Part shown: positions 1 through 12,450 of the stretch, piece by piece
Layout of the letters: the number at the start of each line of letters is the position of its first letter
Position numbering within the stretch: the first letter of the stretch is position 1
Assembly (NCBI GenBank): GCA_037379345.1
Contig: CM074521.1
Location: forward strand, 35,240,704-35,304,703
Reading direction: 5' to 3'
DNA from: Perna viridis
Lineage: Eukaryota
Length of the DNA stretch: 64,000 nt
Notes under the pieces: generated by a model
Databases searched by the model: none
Told to the model about the DNA's origin: nothing
Seen by the model: the letters and a program-made list of their open reading frames with translations, nothing else
Made by a program: the position numbers and the translations under genes

Positions 1-60
1 ATTTCCTATGGAAAATCTACATTTCCCATCGGAAGCATAGACTCTTCCCATGGGAAATCT

Positions 61-460
61 GATAAGCTATATTAACCATTCTAAAAATCCATTTTTTCTA
101 TAATGTCAAAATTACAAATAACATTTGATTTCTTTCGATAAATTTGTTTTAACCAAGGGCGGTAATTTTGTTGCGTTAAGCAAAGGGGAGATAATTTTGA
201 TGAAATATTACACATCTTTTTTAAAATATCACAACTAGATTGTATCTTTAATAATTATACTGTTTTTAAAAAAAATCCATTAAACCATATCATGAGTTTT
301 GAAAAAAAAATTAACAATTACAAGAATATTTTACAAGAAATTGAAACAAACAATTAGTTTAATGTGTATTATTTCTTCGAACAGAAGTATTACTGTTTAT
401 GTAATATCTACAACAAAACAATTTGAATGGCATATCAAAAGGTATAACAATCACCACACG
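61..460 (+). repeat. Left arm of ~400-bp inverted repeat (pairs with 11840-12262)
   Basis: e.g. CATTCTAAAAATCCATTTTTTCTATAAT and TTTAATGTGTATTATTTCTTCGAACAG occur as reverse complements in the right arm. Confidence 0.9.
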
Positions 461-499
461 TACAAGTTTTTTCTTTCTCTCTTTTACAAAGTATGAGCT

Positions 500-1283
500 G
501 TCAATAACAACTGAAATCCACTAGTGTATCTTTAAACAGGTCATGTCTTGTAACATAATGTGGTCTGAAATAATCACCAAAAGCTGCACATCATATTCTT
601 TGCATCTAGATCTCCATGTAATTTATAGGAGCTGTTTACTGCATATTCTTTTGATAATCCTGAAAAGAAATTCTCTTTTATCACACATGTAAGTATAGTA
701 TAAGATAGTATGTTGACTAAATAACAAAGAAGTAGGGAATCCACACTGATATAGCTCTCTGTACAAAAAATAATGAAATCACCAGGCTAATTATCATTCG
801 ATTAAAAATACAGAAATAACATGACACACTGTATTATATATTACATTTACAAGGCTAATCCATAACGTTCCAACAGACATATTTTCTAGTATCTACACTA
901 AGGCTGGTTATAACACTAAATAGATTGCCGTATTAGTTTTGCCTCACTTTTATGTGTTTATCATCCACACAAATTATACATGTGAAATTCAGTATGCTTA
1001 GAGTGAAAACCAATATTTCAGACAACAAAATATCAAATCATTAAATAGAACAACTATTTTGACAAACAAGTCAGAGATGAATGGAAAGTACTGAGTTTTA
1101 CAGTTAATTATCTTCTTACCCATGTTGAACATACCGGTACTACTGTTATGGCAACACTGGCTGCATTGTCTTTGGCATCAGCTTTATAATACATCAGATT
1201 TCAAATTGATTTTCAAGTCTTTTTCATTTCAGTATTTATTATGTGGAAAACGTAGGAAACTTCTTAAAATCCATGTTATACAC
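500..1283 (-). pseudogene. Degraded spliced coding relic (exon-like segments ~500-659 and 1120-1283) inside the long-TIR element
   Basis: Minus-strand acceptors TTTTCAG|659 and TGTTTAG|1283 and donor 1120|GTAAG bracket more GC-rich, protein-like text (LSKEYAVNSSYKLHGDLDAK; MYYKADAKDNAASVAITVVPVCST) with stops and frameshifts. Family not recognised. Confidence 0.3.
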
Positions 1284-1599
1284 CTAAACAAGAAAAAAGG
1301 GAGTAAAATTGAAAATTACCAATACATGTGTAACAGTAAATATAAAGCATATTTTTAAGAGGAAATATAAACTGAGTGTGTAAGAAAGTAAATGGTCTGT
1401 GAATACAACTCACTACCTTATCAGATGAATACCTGTGACGTATACAATTTTATCGACAGTATCAAAGGTCCTGAACATTGTGTTATAAACACACGTTGTG
1501 TGTTGATCTTGAATACTGAACTATAAGACTAAAAATATTTACAAACACTGTTATAAGAAACTATACAAATTAGGAAGAACTTATTGTTTTTTTTGTTAC

Positions 1600-1770
1600 T
1601 TCCGTGTGGGTGTAAAACACGGAGTTCTTTTATCCAAAATCCCCCCGCTTCACTCTCTGTAGATCGCTCCAGATTGTGTTTTGTTCCACGATGAAGATTT
1701 CCATTTTGTTGAAATCATCGAGGCAGTGGTTAGGTAATCTGAAGTGTTGACTCACTGGGAGTAAAGGTTT
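1600..1770 (-). mobile_element. Penelope-like element fragment, C-terminus of GIY-YIG endonuclease
   Basis: Minus strand reads PLLPVSQHFRLPNHCLDDFNKMEIFIVEQNTIWSDLQRVKR/FWIKELRVLHPHG with one frameshift, matching the PVxxHF...R..RE.FWI..L....P.G.N tail of PLE endonucleases. Confidence 0.75.
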
Positions 1771-3255
1771 TTTTCATAAAACTATTTGAGCATAAAATTC
1801 ACGAAACTTCACGAGCATAAAACTCACAAAGTTCAAGATCAAAACAGATTCAGAAGCTGAATCGCGTAGGCTATGGGTGATTGTACCTTTATCAAAGGCT
1901 CACATAAGCAACTGATAAGGAGCCTGAATGAAAATAACAAAGGGGGTCTTTTTATCAAAATTAAAAGTAAAAAATTTGATCAAATCTCCTGTTTAAAAAG
2001 AAAGAAAATATAAATTAAAATAAATGAGATTTACGGCGGATACTTATTTGATGTTTTAAGAAAAAATAAAAGCAAATTTTAAAACAAAATTAGAGCGGTT
2101 TTTTACTCTTATGTAGAAATTGAATGATATATGGGGGTGGTGTGAACTTATTCTAAAAAATACAAATAAAATAATAAAATAAAAAAAGTACACAATGCAA
2201 ACAAAACTTAATTACGAACGAACCCAACGGGAGCGGCGACAGACACGACTGGTCAGGAACGGCGCGGATCAGCATAAGAATTTTCACAATTAATATAGTT
2301 TGTAAAACTCTTTAGCTAATTGCTTATTGATAAAAAGATGACCCCCTATTTTTGTCCCAGTACGTTTGACGAAACTACACAAAAACAATCAAAACAGTGA
2401 TAAATCAAACATCCGAGTTGCACCATAAATGTATCCATAAACAAAGCCAATTAATATATTTAAAAAAAAGTGCATATTGGTCATGGGCCTCCCAAATAAG
2501 TCCATTTCCTGTCACTTCAACCCCCTCCCCTCCCGATCACTCATGGTTCCCCTCTATCCCCCGGTCAATTTTGGTGCCCTCCATCTCCCAGTCACTTAGT
2601 CTTAGACAAGCTGTCATCAAAAGGTCAAACTAGGTCATATGACGATCAATACTAGATCATTAGTCATCACATTGCACAACCAGGTGTTTGCTATGTTGAA
2701 AACTAACACTCACAGATTTTCCGCTCGAGTGCACATTTACAACAGAAAAAGGTCATTAAAGAGTAATCAAGGGAACTAAGGTTATATAGGTTACAGACCA
2801 CCAATTCAACCAATGAGCATTTGGAACTTACGCAAAAATAGTCCTACGCAGAAATTACCCCTGTTCCTCATAGTGCTGTGAAAAAAATTCTCATCTTATT
2901 TTAAAAAATTAAACAGTTTCTGAAAGGAAAAACATTTCTGTACAATTTATAGGTGCATTTTGCTACTTGTGATGTGAAGCCTAATCTCCATAATGATTTC
3001 TATATATACCCCTATCTTGTGAAAACACTGGGATTTCCCATGCTATTTATAGACCCTTCACTTCCGGTGACCAGTACTGCACTGCAAGTCTGCTAACCCC
3101 ACATGCCATTCTGAGGATTGTGAGCTGACATATGTAGAATCATGCTGACATATAGTCCTCTGCAGGTTAAAGTTAAGGTAAAGTCCAGAGAAGCCATTGA
3201 ATATTGTGAAATTAGCATAGAAGCCTATGGGAAGTGGAATTAGTGGTTTCTAGCC

Positions 3256-3950
3256 TTATAGCGGTAATCAAAAGAATGTAATCCACGGACAAAGACCAGA
3301 CATGGGAAACAGACATACACAACAAAGAACATAAAGTAACTAAAATCATACATACAAAGTAACAAAAGTAAACTGAGATTGAAGGATCTAGCCAAACGAT
3401 ATTCTTTCTTTCTGATCAGCCTCATAAGAGTGAAGGAATAGGTCAGCAAGTAAAGGAGCAAAATTTGTTCCCATTGGAATTCCGACCGTTTGTTGAAAAA
3501 CACGTCCACCACACTGGTCAAATATGTTGTCGATTAAAAATTCCAGCATTTTGTAAACATCTTCCTCTGTATATTTAGAAGATGATTTGGAATTATTTCT
3601 TACAAAGTATGAGGAATCTCTACCAAGAACTATATATTTGTATCTAGGTGTACCATCTCTTTTGGAAAAAACAACGATGTATAATATTTTTAGGTCGGGA
3701 TTTTAACTGAGCATGGGGAATGGAAGTATACAGTGTTGAAAAATTATAGGTTTTAATGCTATTATATTCAGATAATAGTCTTTAACTGATTGTCTCCAAA
3801 AAATCTTTTGAATTTTTCAGGATCCACATTGAATTAATACCACTACGGGAGTAACAAGTGTTGTGGTAGGACTGTAGACCCTCTTTGACAGTTGTGAGTA
3901 TAGAAGTTAAAAGTTTTGAAAGAGGTTTGGTGGTACAAAGAGGTTTATAA
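3256..3950 (-). mobile_element. Naiad-type Penelope-like retroelement fragment, internally deleted
   Basis: Minus strand gives RT text (...CYSRSGINSMWILKNSK...FSTLYTSIPH...RVFQQTVGIPMGTNFAPLLADLFLHSYE) joined directly to the family 3' module; closely similar to 7715-8835. Confidence 0.85.
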
Positions 3951-6900
3951 GTGATCTATATGTACGTCTATGACTGGTTTTCATACTAATTAACTACAAA
4001 TACCATATCAACATATTCGGATGTCTTACATGTAATACATCCCATCGAAGTATAATTTATTTACCAGGCGCAGATCCAGAGAATTTGGAAATGGGTTCAA
4101 AAACATATGCTATAATCTACTCATATCTGCCAAACTTTTGCATGGTTTTAGCAAAATTTTCGAACCAGAAGGGCATTTTGAAAATACAAGCAGTCAAAAT
4201 TTACATGCACTCTTTGCTTTATTCATAAACTTTAGACATGCAACCGAACCTTTCATACTATCAATACCTACAAATTTGAATCTCGCTTTGTTTTTGATAT
4301 ATAATACTCCCATTTGACTCCGATCCATACCTTTACACATTGTGACCATCTAACTTACTTCCAATTCTGAGTCCTTGCTACTACTATCTCACATTTAGCA
4401 TTTATCTCCTGACTTCTCCAAATATCCCTTGTTGCTCATACTGACATTTTTTCATCATTCTATCAATTTATAAAGGAACTGTATACATTAATAAAACTAA
4501 TTACAGCTTTATGATACATTGTAGTCATCGTTTTATTTTATAAAATGTTAAAATAGTTCGAAAACTAAAAACAAACAAACAAACGAAAAAAGAACGTCCG
4601 TGGGAGATCCGATACTGACCAAAAACTATCAATGTAAAATAAAGATTCATGATTCGGGAATGTACAGCCTCTTTGAAAACTATTGTCAAACGGCTGATAC
4701 TCGCCAGTGGGGAGAGGGCCTTCGCTATTCACAAAGAATAATTTAACTTTACACGTTGCTCCATTCCCCTTTCTTACGTCCGGTTCTCGTTTCTTGCATA
4801 ATAACTAAGATGAAAACGGCAATTTATTCGGTAAGAATATTGATAATTGAGAAAAGCTTTCTGCGTAAATGGTTTATATAATCTTGCAACCATGTTAATC
4901 TAGACAAAAATGTATGGATTTGGTAGTCAAAACAAAACAAGCACTCTCATTAAGATAGCCAATGGCTATGCATTTTCTCGCTTCAAAGTCGGTCTAAATG
5001 TTGAAATACCATATACAATTTAAATTTTATTTGGTATAAACTGCGTATGGGATTTTGGTAATTATTTTACGAAGAGTAGGCATTACATGTAAATGTGGTT
5101 ATTATTACTGTTGGTGAACTCCAGAGGGAGATAATTGGGTGGGCAGACATTTCGACTAGTTGACTTTACAGTCTTTAGGATTTTTCAGCATGGCCTACGA
5201 TTTTCCGGTTTTTTTGTGGTTTTTTTTTCGGAAAACGGCCGTTTCGCCTGAAAATATATAACTTAAGTACTATTTGCTATTCTTTGCAGATAAAATTTAT
5301 TCAGTATTTGGTTTTTCATTTGATTTCAAATAAAGCAAATTTATTACTCACTTTAAAACTGCACGAAATTTTACTTCAGAGCAAACTTGCATTAGAAATT
5401 TAAAACAAAATGACTAGATAAAAGATTCGTGACAACCTTAGTGTCAGAACTTGATTGAAAATACAAATATTTTTTTCAAGTATAAAAAAAAAATGATTTA
5501 TTTCAATTCTTTCGTGGAAATTACTAGATAATGAGTTATAAATGGTTTGAATTATTGAGTAGTTACTGTGTATACTATCATGTACATATTATTACATTGT
5601 CAGTTTAATCAAACAATGCATCAACCCTGGTGATTATTTTATTTTAAATGATAAAAAACGTCTGTTTTAAATCATCAAAAGAGAGAAATAAATATACTTT
5701 GGCTGAAACATCCACCGTTTCAAAATTTCCTGTCCGAAACGTCCAAGGCCTAAATTTCCTCTGCCGAAAAGTATTTTAGCCAGCCCACTTAACTATGAAA
5801 TTACTTCAGTGAGGTATCCCAATACATTTAAAGCATGCATGTAAAATACAAATGGTACAATTCATGGACAGTTGACAGCACTTATTGACACCCATTTAAA
5901 AAAAAATGTGGATTTTATATTATATAAACAATATTCAGTGATTTTTTCTTGTTTTCTGGTGTTTTTGAATTAAAATATAAGATCTGTTTTCAATTGTGGG
6001 TTAAATTAAGGGATATAATCAATTTTGGGGCGGTTTACACTACTGCGACATAAACCGCTTCATGGTTTGTTTAGAGTAAACCAACCCGAGGTCTGGTATA
6101 ACCCATAATCTCACCAGCAATTGAAAACTGTCCTTAAGTAAAGTTTTTAAACAATTTTTGATGGCCTGCTAAATACACCTTTCGGTCATGGTCTATCTTA
6201 TATTAAATATGTTGGACTAGGTACATGTGCTTCAACAACAATCAAATCATATGATCAATATCTTCAGGGACTTGTCTTTACATAAAGGTAAATCGTTAGG
6301 CTTTTTTACATGATATTGTCTTTCCCATATGTATGAATTGATAATCAAAGACTTTCAAATACCTGTTATCCTGATTTTTAGCTCTGTTGTACATAGATCA
6401 GTTACAAAAACCTGTCTATCAATTCTATTTTTCCATTCTTTGCTCTCCTAAACATGTTCTTGTAATTATCATTTTCTTGAAATTTGGTACATATGTAGCT
6501 GATATACCTTTATGGCCTAGATAATGCATAACCTGTCAAATCCCATTATACAGGAAGATTTACCTGTAATGGTTTACCTGTGTAATTGCAAGTAATTACC
6601 ATACCACACCTAGCATACCAGGAGGTGAAAGTTAACAAAATGCATTTGCAATTTTAAGTTTGTGGAAGTTGTTTTACCATCAACAAATGGGTGGTATTAT
6701 ATTGAAATCACCAAGTTTGTCAGTTTGTCCATCAAACATTCTGTCGTAGATAGAAAGAGATGTTCTATATTTGGTTCTATTCGATGTTTAACGTGTAAGT
6801 TTAATTAACAGAAAAATAGAGCTTTTTTGTCACACTTTTTTGTGAAATTTAAATTTTGAAACTGTGGTACTGGTATTTAGAATTATTATTATTTTTTATT

Positions 6901-7714
6901 TAGGTTATTACCATGTTGCAATCATTTTTTTTTACATTTCCTGACTATCAGTATACTTTTTAAGTGCATAACCTCCTTACCTGTTCAATGGATTTGATGA
7001 AACTTGCTTGCAATATTATGCTTGAGGTGGGAGATAATCTAACAAAAGAGTTTCAAATGTTTAATTAAATTACCAAACATAAGCATGTAAAACCTTTTTG
7101 TAAGATTTTCTCCCACACACTGCAAGTGCCATTGACATTCACAGAGATTGCTCACAGTGTGAGGTATTTTAAATAAAAATGCAAGTAAGGCTTTTATATG
7201 CTGTAAATATGTGAGTCATATTTTAGTTTGTATTACAATTTATAATGATCTTGTTCTTATGTCTATGAGAATATTTACCAATACCTGTAAAATATTTCTC
7301 TTCTCTAAACAGGGTCTCAAAGATTCACAGGTTTTTGTGACTGTGGCCTTTTCTATTCACCATGCTCCATCTGTAGAGTCCCGGAACATTTAGGTATGTC
7401 AATTTTTACCTACATCGTAACTGGTTAATTAACATTATTACCATATTTCTAAACTTACATGCACATGGAAATTATTGAAAAAAATATAGCTATGAATGTA
7501 TTTTTTTTTTGTTTTCACTCTATCATGTTCATGTTAATGAGAAGCATAAACAATTTTTACAAGGAAGACAAATTGTAAGGACTCAATGGGACCTATTTTG
7601 AGTTTTTTTTTATTATATCCTGTGAAACATGTGCTAAGAGTGAGACTAAATACCAGTTCTTGAAAAAAGTTATTTTGGTAAAAATCAGACCTTTTATATA
7701 TGTTACTATTTTTT

Positions 7715-8835
7715 CTATTCCCCACACTCAATTAAAATCCCAACTTAAAAATATTATACATCGTTGTTTTTCCAAAAGAGATGGTACGCCTAGATACAAA
7801 TATATAGTTCTTGGTAGAGATTCCTCATACTTTGTAAGAAATAATTCCAAATCATCTTCCAAATATGCAGATGAAGATGTTTACAAAATGCTGGAATTTA
7901 TAATCGACAACGTATTTGCCCAGTGTGGTGGACGTGTTTTTCAACAAACGGTCGGAATTCCAATGGGAACAAATTGTGCTCCTTTACTTGCTGACCTTTT
8001 CCTTCACTTTTATGAGGTTGACTTTATAGCTGATCTGATCCGAAAAAAAGGATATTGTTCAGCTAGATCCTTTAATCTTAGTTTCCGCTGTGTAGATGAC
8101 GTATTATCTTTAAACAATCCTAATTTCGGAGATTTGATACATCGCATCTACCCAAAAGAACTTGAGATAAAGGATACTACAGACACTGTGAAGTCAGCCT
8201 CGTACCTTGACCTACAATTAGAAATCAATGGTAAAGGAAAACGATTGACCAAACTTTATGACAAACGTGGTGACTTTTCATTCAGAATTGTCAACTTTCC
8301 TTTCATCTGTGGCAACATCCCTTCAGCACCTGCGTATGGAGTGTTCATATCACAACTCATACGTTCTGCCACAGCTTGCCGAAACTACGCAGACTTTTTG
8401 TATCCTCTAGAACTCTAACAAATAGGCTTCTGGAACAGGGTTATGCTGCTACAAGATAAGATTGAAGTCATCACTACAGAAGTTTTCTGGTCGTCATCAT
8501 GAACTCGTGGATCGTTATGGTGTATCCATCTGCACCATGAAAACTGATTTATTCAACGGGTCATAATTTTCCTTTCCTCGTTTGTCTACCCCGGACTTGA
8601 CTTTTTATCAGCAACTCGGTGGGTGTTTCCAGAAAAGCAGAGGACGCTTACCCTACCGGTGCACCTGGTCATGCTCCCAGTTTTTAGTGGAGTCCGAATT
8701 GCACATTTGCTTTTGTTACTTTGTATGTATGATTTTAGTTACTTTATGTTCTTTGTCTGTTTTCCATGTCTGGTCTTTGTCCCTGGATTACATTCTTTTG
8801 ATTACCGCTATAACCTTGGTTCCCTTGATTACTTG
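7715..8835 (+). mobile_element. 5'-truncated Naiad-type Penelope-like retroelement (RT C-terminal half plus 3' module)
   Basis: ORF 7660-8418 has QTVGIPMGTNCAPLLADLFL, FRCVDD (YxDD position), SASYLDL, LYDKRGDF and AYGVFISQLIR. A frameshifted tail, LKSSLQKFSGRHHELVDRYG, ends with no C-terminal endonuclease, as expected for N-terminal-EN Naiads. Confidence 0.88.
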
Positions 8836-9853
8836 ATTATTCTTTCAATGTTAATGATGCTTAAGAATTTTATATATTTAAATATATCCACTTTGATATT
8901 ATAATGGTGTGTATTTACATTTTCTACTTGATTGATTTAGAATTTCAGGTATTTAGATGCTGTACCTGTTCAAATTTGTTCCACTTTACGTGGTGCATTT
9001 TTATTAGAACATCCCAATTTTGTGAATGAAAGTTTTTTTCTATCTCGAAAATTCATCTACTTTAGAAAGATGATCAATATTTCAAATCAAAGTAATTATC
9101 ATGATGAATTGTATACATGTACATGTATGCAATTTAAGGAAGATTGTAAATACATGTATTGTCATATATTCCATTAAGGTTCAAACAAATGGATGAGTTT
9201 GTATTTGACATCACACGGATACAGGATGTGAAGTTGCATGCTGGTCAATAACATTCTTGGATTATTGGAATAAATTGATAGAATTTCTACTGTAAAGGAT
9301 AGCAAACTTTTGTACAAATGTAAGTGAGAATAAATATCCATATATAACTGAATTTTTAAAAAGATAACAAAGCACAGCAGTATTTATATGCCATCTTTTA
9401 ATTAAAATACTCAGTTATGTACCATGAATACTATCTATATTAATATTACACAATACATTTATTCTTAAATATCACAACATTCAAAAAAATATATAGCTGT
9501 ATGCAAAATGCCAGGAAGATACGTATCAGTAGAAATGGGATAACTTGTCAAGGTGTCGTTGATTGTTCCAAGCATTCATTTTTTACATTCAGTTTATGAA
9601 GATTTTTAATGGAAATTGCCATCGTGATTCATGAATGATAAATGTTAACTTTAATATTTAGAAGTCATATCTCAATTGATATAACTGATACTCTGATAAG
9701 ACCAGAGAAAGGGTTAAATTGAAATTCACTGCAACAACATAGATATACCAGTAATGAACTTATCTTGGGTTGCTTGTTCTTAAAAATGTCTTGTTTTTGA
9801 ACTTGACAAATCATAGAACAATCTCAACTGTTACTATGTTAAAAGTACATATA

Positions 9854-11774
9854 TGTTAGCGGCAATAAGCAAAATCAGGCATTAAGCCTAAAGCCTAGTC
9901 AATAAGCTATTGACTAGTCAATTACTAATTGCCTAAAAAAATCAGGCTTTAGGCTTATTCCCTGAAATGATAGTGGTCAAAATCTACTTATATATATATG
10001 TTTATTACCAAAGTCATATACAACTATAGGTACAATAGCAGAAGGTTGTGTTGACATAAATAAAGAGCTTCTTACATCACAATAAATCAGATCTTAGCTT
10101 CATAGCTCTGAATATAAATTAACCAAGATCACACAGATCTTTGATATTATTTGAACTTAATAATTGTATAAATTTATACATAGATGGACGTTTCCAAAAA
10201 TAAGGTTTAATGAGACAGTTTCTAAAACCATGATACACAGAACATTTAAGAATAAAATGCATCTCATCATCTATATCATTTCTACAAAGAGGACATAATC
10301 TATTTTCTCTTGAAATACCATTAAATCTACCACTCTCAATTGCGAGATTATGACTACTATGGCATATTTTTGTAATAGAAGTTTTATAAACCTCAGGATT
10401 AATTTCCTAGACAATAATAAATAATGAAAGAAAGAAAACATTGCATTTTGATCTTTTAAAGATTGTTGTCTCTTTAACATATTTCCCATTTCCACTCTTT
10501 TCCATATAAATTATTATTTTTTTAATACTGTTAATCCTTAACTATAGAGAGAACATCAGATATTGCCAAAGGCCACTACACACACCAATGTACAACTAAA
10601 TAAGTTAATAAGGTTCTGAGTTGTTTTCAAGTAATATTTAGTAAATGTTCTTTTCACTACTCACATTAAATGGTTTTCATTTGCTCATCTTGTGTAGTCG
10701 TGTCAACATGTCTCAATTCGAGGAAAAATTTAACGCAGAAATGAGAAATCGCTATGAGAAGGGGAAAACTAGGAATATATATTCTCGTGAGTTTTGGAAC
10801 TTTTGAAAAAGGAATCGACAGCAGCAACTAAAAAGAAATTGTCGACTGAATATTACTATTCTACCAGATTTGATGTTCTCTCTGTGGCTGGGATTGAGCG
10901 TCTAATAACCAAAGTATCAGAAGGTGATCAGCAGGGATTTAAGTTGTTCGCGTATCTCGAAGAGCTTTTCGGTGTTTTGGAGAAAGCCCATAAAGAAACT
11001 GGACATGGGGGAGAGACAGAATGCTCAAGAAAGTCAATGAGGGGTATGCTAATGTCTCGAGGGATAGTATAGAGCTTTTTCTCGCATATTGTGAAAACTG
11101 TTGGCAGGACAAACAGGACAAACTATATTAGAGATATATGACACAGAGGTATAAGCCACACCCTTCCTTGACACAGAAGCAGGAAAATGCTACATCAATT
11201 TTATGAAACTACATTTTATATAAAAAATATGCATTTAAAAGACATGACTAACACATTATCCTTTTTTCAAAAGTAAGCAATTTTTAACAGGTAGACGAAC
11301 ATGGTCTCGGTAGAATAGCCACCAAGTACGGGGAGCTGAAAGGGAAATACGGTTGAAATGAATTCAGTGTGTGTAAAAAGACATTGCTTAGTGAGAATGA
11401 TACAAGTCATGAAACATCTCTAAGTGTTAGAGAGGCCGCAAATAAACAATCAATTTCCGGTGGCCAGGGTTTCCAACGTTGTATCTGCACGACAAAATGC
11501 AACACAAACAGATGTAAATACAGGAAAATGGGAAAGTTATGTAACAGCAGATGCCATTCTTCCAACACATGTGACAATAAGTGACAAAAGCACTAGCCTT
11601 ATATATTTCTGTATTATAATGTAAATGTGTTCAATTGTCAATAATTTAATTCCGTGAGCTTTGGTTTATTTTAAAAGGCCAAGATTAAAGAAAAAATATG
11701 CACCAGGCCTAATGCCTGTCTCTTTTTTTCAGTCATTAGGCTTATTTCCTAGTCTTTAAGCTTAAAGCCTAACA
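9854..11774 (+). mobile_element. Ginger/KRBA2-like integrase-type DNA transposon relic, catalytic core deleted
   Basis: 10709-11105 encodes a frameshifted HHCC zinc-binding region (AHKETGHGG-DRMLKKV...YANVSRDSIELFLAYCENC). 11369-11584 encodes the typical C-terminal SVREAA...GGQGFQRCICTTKCNTNRC...LCNSRCH..TCDNK. Ends are TGTTAG...CTAACA with AAGCCTAA-like subterminal repeats; no TSD seen. Confidence 0.7.
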
Positions 11775-11839
11775 CATTTCAGTCAATAAGGTTATGGAAT
11801 GCAGTTGTAACTTATCACTGAGAAAAAATGCTCTTATGT

Positions 11840-12262
11840 GTGGTATGTGTGATTGTTATACCTTTTGATATCATTCTATTCAAAGTATTTTGTTGCAGAT
11901 ATTACATAAACAGTAATACTACTGTTCGAAGAAATAATACACATTAAACAAAAATTGTTTGTTTCAATTTCTTGCAAAATGTTCTTGTAATTAAAATGTT
12001 CTTGTTCTTGTTAATTTTTCAAAACTCATGATAAGGTTTATTAGATATCTTCTTAAAACAGTAAAAGAATTGAAGATACTATCAAGTTGTGATATTTTAA
12101 AAAAAAGATGTATAATATTTCATCAAAACTATCTCCCCTTTGTTGAATGCAGCAAAATTACCTCCCTTGGTTAAAACAAATTTATCTGAAGAAATCAACT
12201 GTTATTTGTAATTATGAAATTATAGAAAAAATGGATTTTTAGAATGATTAATATAGTTTATC
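11840..12262 (-). repeat. Right arm of ~400-bp inverted repeat (pairs with 61-460)
   Basis: Colinear reverse-complement match to 61-460 with scattered substitutions and small indels. Confidence 0.9.
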
Positions 12263-12289
12263 CCCCACTCCACTCTTCCAATTGGAACA

Positions 12290-12450
12290 AAAGTCTCTAT
12301 GGGGAAATTGAATCCTCACATGGGAAAACAAGTTCCCATAGGAACTTAACACTTTCCATGGGAAATGCATATTTCCCATAGGAAATGTATGACTTCCTCG
12401 TAGGAACTCCATATTTTCCCATGGGGAAAGTAATTTTCCCGTGGGAAATC
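12290..12450. repeat. Subterminal array of palindromic TTCCCATGGGAA-like motifs
   Basis: Repeated TTCCCATAGGAA / TTCCATGGGAAA / TTCCCGTGGGAAA units at ~20-bp spacing; the same motif occurs at 1-60. Confidence 0.8.

Noticed and set aside
1385-1935. Hammerhead ribozyme beside the Penelope endonuclease fragment
   Set aside because: Only CTGATAAG-like cores are present; I could not build CUGANGA...GAAA with three stems.
7660-8418. Selenoprotein-type Naiad
   Set aside because: No in-frame TGA at Cys positions in the preserved RT segment and no SECIS that I could identify.
8582-8904. Recurrent hydrophobic ORFs (also 24763-25144, 34533-34781, 35686-36051, 60382-60681) resembling a membrane peptide family
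   Set aside because: They are readings of the T-rich Naiad 3' UTR in varying frames, with no conserved start or stop.
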